Origin: the human T2T-CHM13v2.0 reference genome, Homo sapiens | Assembly (NCBI RefSeq): GCF_009914755.1 | Contig: NC_060930.1 | Length of the DNA stretch: 64,000 nucleotides | Direction: 5' to 3' (one strand) | Program-made: the position numbers and the translations under genes | Shown: positions 29,411 to 42,279 of the stretch, piece by piece | How positions within the stretch are numbered: position 1 is the stretch's first letter | Layout of the letters: each line of letters starts with the position of its first letter | The notes under the pieces: generated by a model | What the model saw: only the letters and a program-made list of their open reading frames with translations | What the model was told of the DNA's origin: nothing | Database searches by the model: none

Positions 29411-31240
29411 AACTAGTTTCTCTGTTTTTTCTGAAACTTTCTTCCTGAGGGGAACCTCAGAAGAAGAAACTTATTGGGATAAATTAGTTTTCATTTCTGC
29501 ACTTGAATTCCGAGCTATACATGGTACTCATCTTCTTCCTCCCTTACTACTCATTTTAAATTCCCCTCAATCTTAGTGATCACCTGAGCAGGTTCGGGTG
29601 GTTTACCTGGTGTTACCTTCGTTACTAAGGTGTTCATACCCTTGATAATGGTACCAGTCTCAGTTCTGAACATGTCCATTCAGTTATAATAGGGTGAGGG
29701 ATTACCAGGAGGTGACCAAGTAGATCTTCTGTGTTTAATTTGTTTTCCTGTCCTCTTTGTGTTAAAAAATGCCCTAAAATATGCCTACTCTTTCTATTAG
29801 GGCTAGTTACTTTTGCCAGGATGGTGACTGTTCTTGCTTTCCTCTCCCTGTTAACAGGATGCCAAAGTGCCCTGAAAATAGCTCTAAATTTTAGGTCAGT
29901 GGGACCCTTACTGTATTCACTGGTAAACGTGTGCTTGTTTGGAAACGAGGACATCCAACCCTACAGAGTGCAAAGTTGAGAGGACACAAGTCACAAAATC
30001 CCCAATTAGGTCATCAGAGCTCGTGATAGGAGAAAATACTCCATCTTCTACCTGGACAATGTATCCTTCCTATTGGAAACATAGAGCAAAAAGTGTTCTG
30101 CAGTATAATAAATATACTTTGTTCTGAAGGATGTCACCTTATCCTTTCAGATGTGGTTTTAGTCTCACTTTTGAACACCATTGTTGTGTTTTTTGAGCAT
30201 GGTACAGTATAAGATGCAACCACTGAATCCCAAAGTTATGGACCCACTTCCACGTCTCTTATGTATCCCCTAATCAGATTTTGTGCTTTTTGTGATTCTG
30301 TACCTATGGACCAAGCATTCCATAAGCTCCTAGATATTAGTACTTGCCAAAGCTTCGTAGGTTGGAAAAGCAAATTTATGCACAGAACAGGCATCTAATC
30401 CTATCAGAATGGACACCTGGCACTTCTGGGACAGATGGCAACCAGTGTGGAAAACTTGCCAAAAAGTGGCTGATTAGTCACCTAGAGAAATAGTGCCTTA
30501 TTGGAGCTAAACTGTTGGTCTCCATTGCTGACAGGATGAACATTTGCAATATAATAATCTCATGAAATAGAATCCACTGGTATCATTCTAGCCTTTCATA
30601 ATACATGCATCCCATATGCTCTCTTTACTCAGCTTCTTTATTTCCTCTTCTACCATTTGTAGGGCATTTTAAAACTTTTGAGAGCCACCTGAAATCCTTG
30701 TTGGGAGTTTAAATGCCATGTATTGAGAAAGTGCCCACATGTCAATGAATTCTTGCCTTTCCTGTCAGAAATTTTGGGTCCCTTTATCAAGCATCATTAA
30801 AATCCAATCCACGCTCACTACCCTCAGTCATGGCAGTGTATGCCAGCTAGTTCTTGCAATTCTTCAGAAATACAGTCTTTTGTCTTCTTTATCAGTCCGA
30901 GCAAGTTCCCAGAGAAGTTGTACTAAAATTTTTCGTTAGTGTTTAGCCTGGTAGCCAGGAGAGCCTGTGGAGGCAGCTCCCAAGGCTGACATCTGTTACC
31001 TTTGTAAGAGTGGCTTCTGCAACTTCTTTCATCACAGCTAGCTCTTATTATAGAAAGTGTTCCTTTTTACAGGCTCAAAACGTCCAGAGTAAGCTGAACA
31101 ATCAACATCTTCAGAGACAGCCCGATATATTTCCTGTTCCATGTTTTCATGAACCCAGGTTTACTCCACAAGGGCCTGACACCACTACAAGCCACTACAC
31201 ACCACTGCACCACTACAAGCAGTACTTAACAGAAGTAGTA
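29411..31240 (-). mobile_element. HERV16/ERV3-16A3-like internal relic
   Basis: Reverse-strand ERV-L-like internal sequence ('gggacagatggcaaccagtgtggaaaacttgcca', 'ggacccacttccac') between two LTR16-type LTRs. Confidence 0.65.
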
Positions 31241-31242
31241 CA

Positions 31243-32503
31243 TAGGTTGATGCAAAAGCAATTGTGGTTTTGGACTGTGAGTTTTAAATCATTATAACTG
31301 GGATCAAACACATCTTTATTAATAAAAATAGGAACCATTACAATCAATGCATTTTTGCCAATGAGAAATATGTTTATTCCTGTAGTGTAAAAATCCATGC
31401 TTACGGATTTGATGAACTCTTGGAAAGCCTTTTCTGCCTTAGTTTCTGCATTCTGCTGATTGAGGAAGTGTTTTCCCTGCAAAAAGTCTTTAAGATGCTT
31501 GAAGAAGTAGTAGTCAGTTGGCGAGAATATAGCAGGCGAGACAAAACTTCGTGGCCCAATTTGTTCAACTTTTGAAGCATTGGTTGTGCGAGGTGCAGTA
31601 GGGCCTTGTCTTGAAGAAGAACTGGGCCCTTCCCATTGACCAATGCTGGCTGCAAGTGTTGCAATTTTTGGTGCATCTCATCAATTTGCTGAGCATACTG
31701 CTCATATGTAATGGTTTCACCTGGATTCAGAAAGCTGCAGTGGATCAGACCACCAAACAGTGACCAGGACCCTTTTTTGGCACAAGTTTGGCTTTGGGAA
31801 GTGCTTTGGATCTTCTCTGTCCAACGACTGAGCTAGTCATCGCTGGTTGTCGTATGAAAGCCACTTTTTATCGGAGGTCACAATCTGATTGAGAAATGGT
31901 TCATTGTTGTTGCATAGAATAAGAGAAGATGAAACTTCAAAATGATGATTTTTTAAAAATTTTTAGTCAGCTCATGAGGCACTCAAGAGCTTTTTCACCT
32001 TTCCATTTTGCTTCAAATGCTGAACGACCTTAGAATGGTTGATGTTAAGTTCTTCAGCAACTTCTCGTGTAGTTGTAAGGGGATCAGCTTTGATGATTGC
32101 TCTCAATTGGTCGTTGTCAACTTCCCATGGCTGGTCACTAAGCTCCTCATCTTCAAGGCTCTTGTCTCCTTTGCAAAACTTCTTGAACCCCGCTTCACTG
32201 TATGTTCGTTAGCAGCTCCTGGGTCGAATGCATTATTGATATCGCCAGTTGACTTCGCTGCTTTATGACCCATTTTGAACACGAATAAGAAAATCGCTCA
32301 AATTTGCTTTTGTCTAACATTATTTCCATAGTCTAAAATAAATATAAAATAAACACCAAGTAATAAGTCATTAGCAAAAAAAAAAAAAACAAGAAATGTG
32401 CATTAAAATGATGTATAACATAACCACATTTATTTAAGAATGCATTCCAATATCAAATTGCAATTTCAACAATGCAAAAACCTCTTTACTCTTGCACCAT
32501 ATA
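31243..32503 (-). mobile_element. Full-length Hsmar1 mariner transposon
   Basis: TIR 'taggttgatgcaaaagcaattgtggtttt' at left and reverse TIR 'caatgcaaaaacctctttactcttgcacca' at right; ~1.26 kb; 5' UTR and ORF match the Hsmar1 consensus. Confidence 0.95.
31319..32329 (-). pseudogene. Hsmar1 transposase pseudogene (family related to the SETMAR transposase domain)
   Basis: Starts ATG GAA ATA ATG TTA GAC AAA (MEIMLDK) then a 1-bp frameshift; VPHEL remnant at ~31970-31985; ends NGSYFY* (consensus NGSYFD*). Confidence 0.92.
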
Positions 32504-32619
32504 CTATATATAACTATACAAATACGTGTAGTATTTGTATAATTATATATTATATATATGGCATATCCAAATATGCTATATCTACATCTATACCTAATCC
32601 TGATACTTCTTTTGTTTAT

Positions 32620-33008
32620 CATACAGAAGCCCAGGCAGGACCCATGTCTGATGGCTGGGAAGGCCATCAGACCTCAAAGCAAGTCTGACCCTGAGGAAAG
32701 AATGAGGGAAAGAAAGTTGTGTGAAAACATCTTAAAGGGTTGTGGGTTTGTGCAGTCTAAGGACAGTTTGGCAAGGATGCCATGGGACCCCCAGGGCAAA
32801 GTCAATCCTTAGAGGAGGCTCAGTTTCCCCAGCAATAGGGCTGCTTTAGTTTCCTAACTGTGCCTGTTCATTGCTGGGAGCAAGCCTGTGGGAGGAATGT
32901 CCTCAGTGCAGAAATGCTCAATGAACTTCTTAGTACTACAGTTGGAGCCTTCATCAAATACCCTCTGTGTGCTTTCATGATTGTGAGGGGCATTCTCATA
33001 GCCACCAG
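32620..33008 (-). mobile_element. LTR16-family LTR (5' LTR of a minus-strand provirus)
   Basis: 'aaggccatcagacctcaaagcaagtctgaccc...gtgcagtctaaggacagtttggcaagg...cattgctgggagcaagcctgtggga...cattctcatagccacca'. Confidence 0.78.
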
Positions 33009-33166
33009 AAAATTATTCTAGGGAAAAATTTTACAGCCATGAGGTGTGCAATGACCAGATGAAGACTAGGATTAGTAATCAAGCAATTAAGAAATAACTA
33101 ATTTTTTAATGAAAGAATTTTTGTAAAAAGAATATAAAGAAGTCATAAAATATCATTATTCACACC

Positions 33167-33553
33167 TGATATGTTTTGGGTCTGTGTCCCCTCCCAAATC
33201 TCATTTCCAATTGTAATCCTCAATGTGGGAGGTGAGGTTTGGTGGAAGGCGATTGGACCTGGGGGATGGATTTCCTCTTTGGTGCTGTTCTTGTGATAGT
33301 GACTGAGTTATCATGAGATTTGGTTGTTTAAAAGTGTGTAGCCCTCCCACCGTCTCTTCTTTCTGCTCCAAGCATGTAAGACATGCCTGCTTTCCCTTTG
33401 CCTTCTGCCATGATTGAAAGTTTCCTGAGGCCTCCCCAGAATCCATCATGCTTCCTGTACAGCCTACAGAACCATGAACCAATTAAAACTCATTTCTTTA
33501 TATGGCACAAATTTGGGTATTTCTTTATAGCAGTGCCAGAATGAACTAATACA
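33167..33553 (+). mobile_element. MSTA solo LTR (MaLR)
   Basis: TG...CA termini 'tgatatgttttgggtctgtgtcccctcccaaatctc' to 'gaactaataca'; 'tttcctgaggcctccccaga...cttcctgtacagcc'. Confidence 0.92.
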
Positions 33554-33769
33554 GTAGACTTGTGCCCTTTGCATTTTAGTAATTTATGTGTCATGATAAA
33601 TCAGTAACTCATCAAGGAAGTAAGGCAAGTTCTTATTCCAACCATAGGTGGTTTAACAGGCAATAGATATATTCTTCTGCCTGTTAAATCATGTGTATGT
33701 GTATACACAAATGTATGTTTCTGTCAGTTAAACCATATTATCAGAATACAAACTTGTCTTTTCTCCATT

Positions 33770-34020
33770 TTATATATATATATATATACACACACATATA
33801 TATGTGTGTGTTTATGTGTGTGTATCTGTGTGTATAAATCTTATTATATACATCTATGCATATGTTGATATACATGCATCTATACATAATATAAACATAC
33901 ACATATATACATTTGGATACATGTGCATATGTGTACTCAAACACAGACTATACATATATATACATGTACACATGAACACATATACACACACACACGCACA
34001 CACTCACACCTGTGAGAGAG
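33770..34020. repeat. Compound (TA)/(CA)/(TG) purine-pyrimidine low-complexity tract
   Basis: Alternating RY dinucleotides over ~250 bp. Confidence 0.9.
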
Positions 34021-34959
34021 ATGACTATAGCAGTTGTCATTAAATAGATATTTAGTAATTATAATGTTTCACTCATTCTTATTAAATTATTTATGTCATA
34101 ATACTTATTTATCCTAAAGGAAGTGCTATGTCATATTTTCCTTGGAATCCATTATTTTCCATTATTCTGGGTCATCACTTTACCTATGCTGTAATGTGGA
34201 GAACAGTGATTGTGTATGTCCTTTCGTAAGCAACCTGGATAAATGAAAGAAGCCAAATAGTTTGCAAAGAGTTAGCAAAATGATATCCCATTGTAAAAGA
34301 AGAACTTAAAAATAAATGGCAATATTGTAAAGTTTATTATGTAATTTTGACTATGTTTCTGTAGTGATGTCTGTGAAAAGTACAAAGTTATATGTGTTTG
34401 GTATTAATATATGAATGTGTATATTTTCTACATGAATATCACTCTTAAATTTTATCAAAAATATTTTTTTGAAAAACAGGAATCTACATTTATTAGAGTT
34501 AGAAATAAAAAAAATTATTTAAGAAAGTTGGTGTCCTGTAGTTTCTTTCTTTGTTTCTAAATATAAAACTCACCCTGAGAAAGATAGCTATGCCTGAGAA
34601 CATGAGGACTAGCTAGAATTTCATGGCATAGCTGCAATAGGACCTTAGTGAGTATGTTGTTCTCCTAGCTTTTTGGATAACTTATTTTAAAAATTAAATC
34701 AATAATAAACTGTGTCTGGTTCAGAATTACATAACTAAAGTAATGAAAACAGAAATTGTACAGAACTACAAGATAGAATATAACAAAAATACAAAATAAC
34801 ATTATTTTCAACAGTATTAGTGATGTATGCTACTTTTCCATGGCTGTAACAGGATTTACAATTCAGAGACTTGTAATTTCCTGTTTCCTCCCCTTAAAAT
34901 CATCCCGATTAGCCCACAATTACTATTACCAACACTTACTCAGGTTTAAAATAATTTTT

Positions 34960-35080
34960 TCCAGTTTTTCCCACTGGAGTTACAAACAATTTGAAATAAG
35001 GGACTCTGTCTTATTTATTGCTATATCCTCATTTCCCAGGATATTCCTCTCATACCTTAAATATTTTTCTGAGTGAAGTA
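34960..35080 (+). mobile_element. L2 3' end
   Basis: 'cccactggagttacaaacaatttgaaataagggactctgtcttatttattgctatatcctca...aaatatttttctgagtgaa'. Confidence 0.65.
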
Positions 35081-36369
35081 ATAATGCAATATATTTTTAA
35101 ATAGTGTTTTACCCCCACATCCTCTACATACCTCTATAATCTAAGTATTACATGGTGTTATCTTCTTTGATGTTTAAATGCGTTGGTTCTAAATCTCCAT
35201 CTAATTCAGTAGGGACCACATTCACACAACAAGTATTTGTAGCTTCTTGGGTTTGAGGGAAGGAACAGAGAGAGGTGCTATAAAAAATACCAAATATTTT
35301 TCCTAGCCCTACATGGATTCATGTTTTTGTTTATGCCTAATAGGTTTATTTTCTGAATCATCTATGCAGGTGATGACATATAAAAGCAATTGTTAAAGAC
35401 ACGTGCATAGAGAACTCAAAATTGAAGGGTGGATGACCAGTCAATTTTCTTCTTAGAGTTCATCAACCTAACATGTTAAAGGTCCTCTCTTTAACATTCT
35501 GTACCATTCTCCTTACCTTTACATTACCTTTAAATTTTTGTACAAAGCAATGTTGCCATATCTTACATTTTACTTCAAGAATCTTAGGGAGTCATCACTT
35601 ACACATGAAGATATTTTTCTAAACAATCACATTTTGTACCCAAGTGGAGGTCTTGTGAAACTTGACAAAATTTCTCCTTCAATGTATAGAATTCTACGTA
35701 GCATAACATCTTCTAATTCACTTCCAATGTTCATGGTATTGAGTTCCCACAATTATTTGAGAACCAGTAGATATTTATTCACAGAAATAAGGAATATTCT
35801 TTGAATTAAATGACAGATTACATCCAGAATGTTGATGAAAATCGCCATATGCTTTACCCCAAGTAAGGAATACACTTTACTCAATGTTTTTCTTTCAAGT
35901 ACCCAAATGGAGGTAAAATATATAATGTAACATATGTTATTAAATATATATCATGAAATATACATATATAACATATATCAAATGAAAGTTTTATATACAT
36001 GTAGAATGTCCCAATTATTCTATTTATATTGAGAAACAATTGCCTAGCATCACAACATGCCCAAATACTATTTCATGATTATATAGCCATAAACTGATAT
36101 ATTGGACCTAAATATTCCATATGAAATGATATTAACAGAATAATTATTTACAAGATAAGAAAAGTGAAAAAGATTAATGAATCTGGGAATAAAACAATGG
36201 AAGCTACTCTTACACACTATCATGAACTCAGTTGGCCTTTTTTGTTTCACAAAATAAGAGATGATACATGCTATATAACTAGAAGAGTTCGACTTCTCTC
36301 CCATAACTCAATCACCAAACTCTTGGCAGCTGTATTACAGATGCTACATATGAGTAACAGCTTAATTAA

Positions 36370-39300
36370 CGTATTACTGACATGAAATGTACTCTATATA
36401 TTTAAAGTGTATGATTTGATACATTTTGATGTATGTAAACCTATGAAACAATCACTGCAATGAACATGTCCATCACCCTCAAATATTTCCTTAGGCTTAC
36501 TTGTAATACTTCCCACCTGCACTTTCTAATTGCCTCCAATCGTTCCCAGGAAACTATTAATATGTTTTCTGTCAAGATAGGTTAGTTTACATTTTGTAGA
36601 CATGTATACAAATAAAATCATATAAAGTATTCATTTTTATTTTGCTTCTTTCACTTAGCATAATTATTTTGGGATTTAGCTGCGGTGTTGAAAAATATAT
36701 ACATATATATGTGCATTCTGTTTTAAGAATGGGCATTTAGGTTTTTTCAGTTTTTTTGTTCTGTTTTGAGCATTTTGGCTACTACTTCTTAAGCTACTAT
36801 AAACATTTATGTACAGGTCTTTGTTACCCACATATACTTTCATTTTACTTCAGCAAATAATTAAGAATGGAATAACTGGGTCATGTGCTGGTTATGTGTT
36901 TGTTTAAGGAAATGCCAAAATTTTTCCAAAGTGATTTAACAATTTGAATTCCCACTGGCATTCTATGAGTCCCGGTTCCTCCACATGTTTGCCAACAATG
37001 GTATGACAATCTGTTTAAATGTATCCATTCTAATAGGTGTGTAGTGGCATATTATTATGGTTTTAATTAACATTTTCCTAATGACAAAGTGGTATTCTGC
37101 TTATCTGCTATCTGTAGCTCTTCTATGGTAATGTATCTTCAAATATTTTGCTCATTTGTTTCCATTGAGTTTTGTTTTATCATTGAGTTTTGAGGTTTTT
37201 AAATATATTCTAGATACAACATTGTATATGTCATGTGTTAATTATTTTCTCCTAGTCTGTTTCTTGTCTTTTTATAATCTTAACATTGTCTTTCAAAAAT
37301 CAACGTTTTTATGAAATTCAATAAGTGTAATTTTTTAAACTATAGATCGTATTTTGGTGTTGTATGTAAGAAATTTTTGCCTAACTCACGACCCTAAAGA
37401 TTCTCTTCTAAGTTTCTTCTAGAAGTTTTATATTTTCAGGTGTTACATTTAAGCTTATGATTCATTGTAAGATATTTTTGGCATATAATGTGAAGTATCA
37501 TTGAAGGCTTTTTTTTTTCTTTGTCTGTTTCACATATGAATATCCATTTTCCCCAAACAATATGTTAAAAACATTATTCTTTCTTCACTGAATTGCTTTA
37601 GCATCTTGATCAGAATTCACCTGTCTACATATGTGTGGATCTATTTCTGGACTCTCTTCTGAACCTTTGACCTATTTGTCTATCTCTACACCAAAACCAT
37701 CTTGTCTTTATTACTGATGCGCTACAATAATTCTTAAAATCAGGTAGCATAAGTACTCTAAATTTGTTTCTTTTTAAACCCACTTTAGCCATTTTATGTG
37801 CTTTCCATTTCCATATGAATTTTAGAATCAGCACATCTCATTCTTTAAAAAAAAAAAATAACTAAATTTTTGTTTAGGATTGCATTGAATGTATAAATCA
37901 ATTTTGGGAGAAATGATATCTTAACAATATTGAGATTTCACTACATAAGCACAGTACATTGTTCCAGTAATTTTGGTTTTCTTTGTAATATATTTAAGCA
38001 ATATTTTAAAGTTTTAAAGTTTTTAGTGGACAGATATCACATATTTTTTATTATATCTATTCTTAATATTTTACATGTGTGATGCTATTATAAGTGGTGT
38101 TTTTAAAATTTCTGTTTCTAAGTGTTCATTGCTAATATTTATTATTATAATTGATTTTTGCATATTGATCTTACAGATTTAATAGGATATTCCATGTAGG
38201 TGATCATATTATCTCTAACGAAATACAATTACACTTCTTTTTCCAATCTGTATGTGTTTTATATCTTACACTTGCCTTGTTGTACTAATTAGAACTTTCA
38301 GTAAAATGTTAGAAAGAGGTGGTGAAAGCAGAACTCCTAGTCTCCTAACATAACATATGCTTATGTTAGTGGGGATAGCAGTCTTTCCTCACTAAGTATA
38401 ATGTTAGCTACTGGCTTTTAGTAGATGACTCTCCTCAGGTTGAGGGAGGTCCCTATGTTCCCAGCTTCCTGAGAGGTTTTATCAAAAAATGGATGTTGGA
38501 TTTTTCCGATGTTTTTTTCTGTCTCTATTGAAAACGTCATGTGGTGTTTTTTTTAATAGTCTTCTATTATGGTGAATTCTTTTTATTACTCTTCAAACAT
38601 TAAACCAAATTTTCAGCTCTGGGGTAAACCCCATTGAGTCATAAATGGCAGTCTTTTAATACATTATTGTATTAGATTTGTTAAAATTGGTTTAAAATTT
38701 TGCCTCTAAGCTCATGTGTGATATTGAGCTATAGTTTTATTTATTTTTATTTTTTTGGTCATGTTTTTGCCTGGTTTTAGTATCGAGAAAAAGCTAGTCT
38801 CATAGAATTAGTTAAAAGTTTTCCTCGTCTTGATTTTCTGTAGAACTTTGTATAGAATGGATTTTTTTTTCTCTTAAATGTTTGACGGAATTCACCTTAG
38901 AAGCAATCTGTGCCTGGAGTTTTATTTGTGGGAAGGTTCTTTAACTACAATGCACTCAACATTAAAAATAGGTTTATGACATTAAAAATGGGCGCACTTG
39001 CAGTAATTGTTTCTTCTTGACCAAACTTTGGTAGTTTGTATTTTTAAGCATTTGTTCACCTTATCTCGGTTGTCAAATTTATTTGTATATTATTTTATAA
39101 TATTAAATTATTGTTATATTAATTTTTGAATAAGCTTCAGTAGTGTAATCTCTCCCACTATTGATATTGGTTGTTTTCTCTTTTTATGTTGATAAGTTTT
39201 GTTTCAATTTATTAATTTTTTGACTATTACAAATAGCCAGTGTTTGGTTAAATTATCTATTTTTTTTTGTTTTGCAGTTTATTAATTGCTGGTGTAATCT

Positions 39301-39690
39301 TTATTACCTTCTTTTACTGCCTATTTTGGGTTGAATTTGTTCTTTCAGTTATTTATTAAGGTGTAAGCTAAGAACTTTTTTTAACAGAACTGTTTAATGC
39401 AAAAGTCTTCATTCATATGCTATTTTAGCTGCATCTCAAAAATTCTAATATACTGTATTTTCATTTTTATCCCATTCAGAATACTTTCTAAATTACCTTT
39501 TAATCCCTTCACTGACTCATGTATTATTTAAAAATGTCTTGTTTAATTTCTAAACATCTGGTGATTTTCTGTATATCTTTTCTTTATTAATTTCTAATTT
39601 CATTTTATTGTGGCAAGATAATATACTTTATACAATTACATTATTTTAAATTATTGTAAATTCATTAATGGTCCGTAAAACGGCATACCT
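36370..39690 (-). mobile_element. L1M (L1MB/MC-like) 3' UTR and ORF2, internally deleted
   Basis: ORF 37625-37834 (LILKFIWKWKAHKMAKVGLKRNKFRVLMLPDFKNY...IKTRWFWCRDRQI) is L1 ORF2; T-rich bias; 3' UTR motifs at 36380-37000. Confidence 0.92.
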
Positions 39691-39889
39691 TTTTATATCC
39701 ACTTTCAAATTCACTGCAATGTGTCTAAATAATGAGACCCATATGTTTTTATTCCCAGAGATTTTATTTTTTCACTGTGGCCTAATAAATAGTCAAATTC
39801 TGTGAAACTTACATATCTGGTTAATGTGCCATTTTCTGACAGATGTTCTCACATTATGATTTTAGATTAATCAGCTTTCTCCTGTAGAA

Positions 39890-42060
39890 TTCTAGTCTCT
39901 GCCATGATAGGATAATGAACATATTATTTTCCTCTTCCTCACTTCTAGGAAAAATTGTCAAACTGCATTCACTATCTGAAGCAACATTTTTTTGAGGTAC
40001 TGGAAAGAAGATAGTGTATGATTGCTATCCACGAGAAAAAAAAAATAACAGAGGTAAGGACCATGTTTGCCCCGTTTTGGAGCATTCTGTGTATTATGAT
40101 ACTGGGACATGGAATAAACATAGAAGTTTGCAGATTAGTGAAGTGGAAGTAACAAAGTTTAGGCTATAGGGATTCTGAAGGAGGTTGTATCTGTGGTCAG
40201 GGAACTGGAGATAAAGAAAGTATATAGAGGGGAAGTGTCAGAAATTTGCATAAGTTTTTCTTGAATTTTGGCCAAATACTAAACACAATTGCAGATTAAG
40301 TCTCTGCGAGGTCTGAGTGAACAGCCACTGGGGGACTAAGAACTGAGTGGATATTTCATAGGTCACATGGTGCTCTCATTAGCCAGAGTGCAGATACATT
40401 TTTAAAAACATCAGGAATTTAGTTGAGAAAACAGAAAGACTATCCCTTAGGACAAGATTATTCTAATCTTAGACTAGATACTAGGATACTAAATGTATCC
40501 TAACAAAAGCTAAACAAAAACTGCATGAGGTCCAGCTGAATAATAGTAAATTAAACTACTTTCAAAACAAAATCAACACTCTTCAGAGGAAGTAACACAA
40601 GACTCTCATTAACGTAGCAGCATAATGTTCATTATATAATAATAATAAAATTAGACATTAAAATAAATAAAATGTAACCTGTAACCAGAGGAAAAAAATA
40701 GTAAACAGCAACAGACTTAGAAGTGACAGAGATCCTATTATTAGCAGATAAGGAGCATGAAACATCTATTACAGACACGTTCAAGAATATAAAAGAAGTC
40801 CCAGCATGATGGGTTGTTGAATGAAAACTCAAGTCAGAGACGGAAACTGCAAAAACCAAAGAACCAGATCAAAATCAAAGAATTGGAAAAAATAATATCA
40901 ATGACAAATGTACTAGACGGGCTTTACTGCAGATTTCACAGCACACAGTACAGAAATAGTGAACTTGAAGACATTAATTAGAAATTATCCAAATGAAAGT
41001 GGAGACCGAAAAAAAATGAAAGGAACCCCATCAACCTGTGTGACAGTATCTAGTAACCTAACATGTGTTTATGTGTGTGTTTGTTCTACAAGGGTTAATA
41101 AAACCCAAGAAGTCTAAACCCACATCAAGACATACTTAGGCATGTTATAGTCTACCTTCCAAAACCCAAAGACAAGAGAAATCTTGAAAGCAGGCAGATC
41201 AGTAAGATATCTTACATACAGAGAAACAACAGTATGACATCTATCAGAATGGAACAAGCCAGAAGACAATGCAGTAACAAGTTCTGATTTTTTTCAGAAG
41301 ACTAAAACTGTATATTTAAATGTCTTTAGAATTAGAGTTAAAGGCATTTTTCGGATAAACAAAAGCTGAGAGTATTAATCATTAGATACTTAAAATAAAA
41401 CTTGGGTCTACATGATGAATCAGAGAGCACTGAAATGGTAAACATATGGGTCAACAAAATTCTATTTATTATTTCTTAGAGTTTTAAAAAGGCCATTGAC
41501 TGATTACATAAAAAATGAAAACAATATATTATTTTGGGGTATATAGAACATGCAAGTAGAATGTATGACCAAACAGTAAAATGGACAGGAGCAGGGTAAG
41601 GCAGTGTATACTTTTGTAAAGTTTGTAAAATACACATAAAATAAATGGTATTTATTCCAGGTTGACTGTGATGAGTTCTGGATGCTTACTATAATGCCTA
41701 AAGAAATCACTAAACCAATGAACTACTAATAAATTCAGCAACATGGGTAAATATAAAAAAAAAAGGTAAGTGAGAGAAATCAGAAACAAAGGAGCAGGCA
41801 TTAAATCTTTCCATTTATTTGAAGATACAGGAGAGTCAAAACTGATTTGTGGTTGTAGAAATCAGCAAACTGGCTCTCTTTTGGGGAGACTGAACAAGGG
41901 ATGGAGGGGATACTGAAAATATTTTGTATTTTGGAATAATGGAAATATTCTATATATTTAGAGAAGTGTAGATCACAGAGGCTACAGTTTCTCGAAATAT
42001 ATTGGACAGTACACTTGAAATTTATACCTTCTGTCATTTGAAAATACTACTTAAATACAA
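39890..42060 (+). mobile_element. Old L1M 5' region, ORF1 and inter-ORF region joined to an L1ME-like 3' end
   Basis: ORF1-like 'agtgaacttgaagac...gaaattatccaaatgaa', 'aaccaaagacaagagaaatcttgaaagcag'-type motifs; inter-ORF at 41500-41720; 3' UTR 'caaaactgatttgtggttgtagaaatcag' at ~41840. Confidence 0.7.
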
Positions 42061-42279
42061 GAATAATGCTGTTTTAATTATGAACAAATTATATTAAGGG
42101 TTTTTGTTTTATTGCTCTATTGTTATTTGTTGAAGTTTCAGGTTGGTATGCCTCCTAGAAGACAATACTTTTATAATAATATAGATTTGTCCTGTCACCT
42201 TTAAAAGATTTAATATTTATTTTTATTATCTCTGTCATTAGCTTAATCATGCTTACTTTTTGAACATATGCATGTTCCT

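Noticed and set aside
31180-31220. 'ccactaca' repeats as a CRISPR-like or functional array
   Set aside because: A few degenerate ~10-bp units without spacers in eukaryotic DNA; ordinary slippage.
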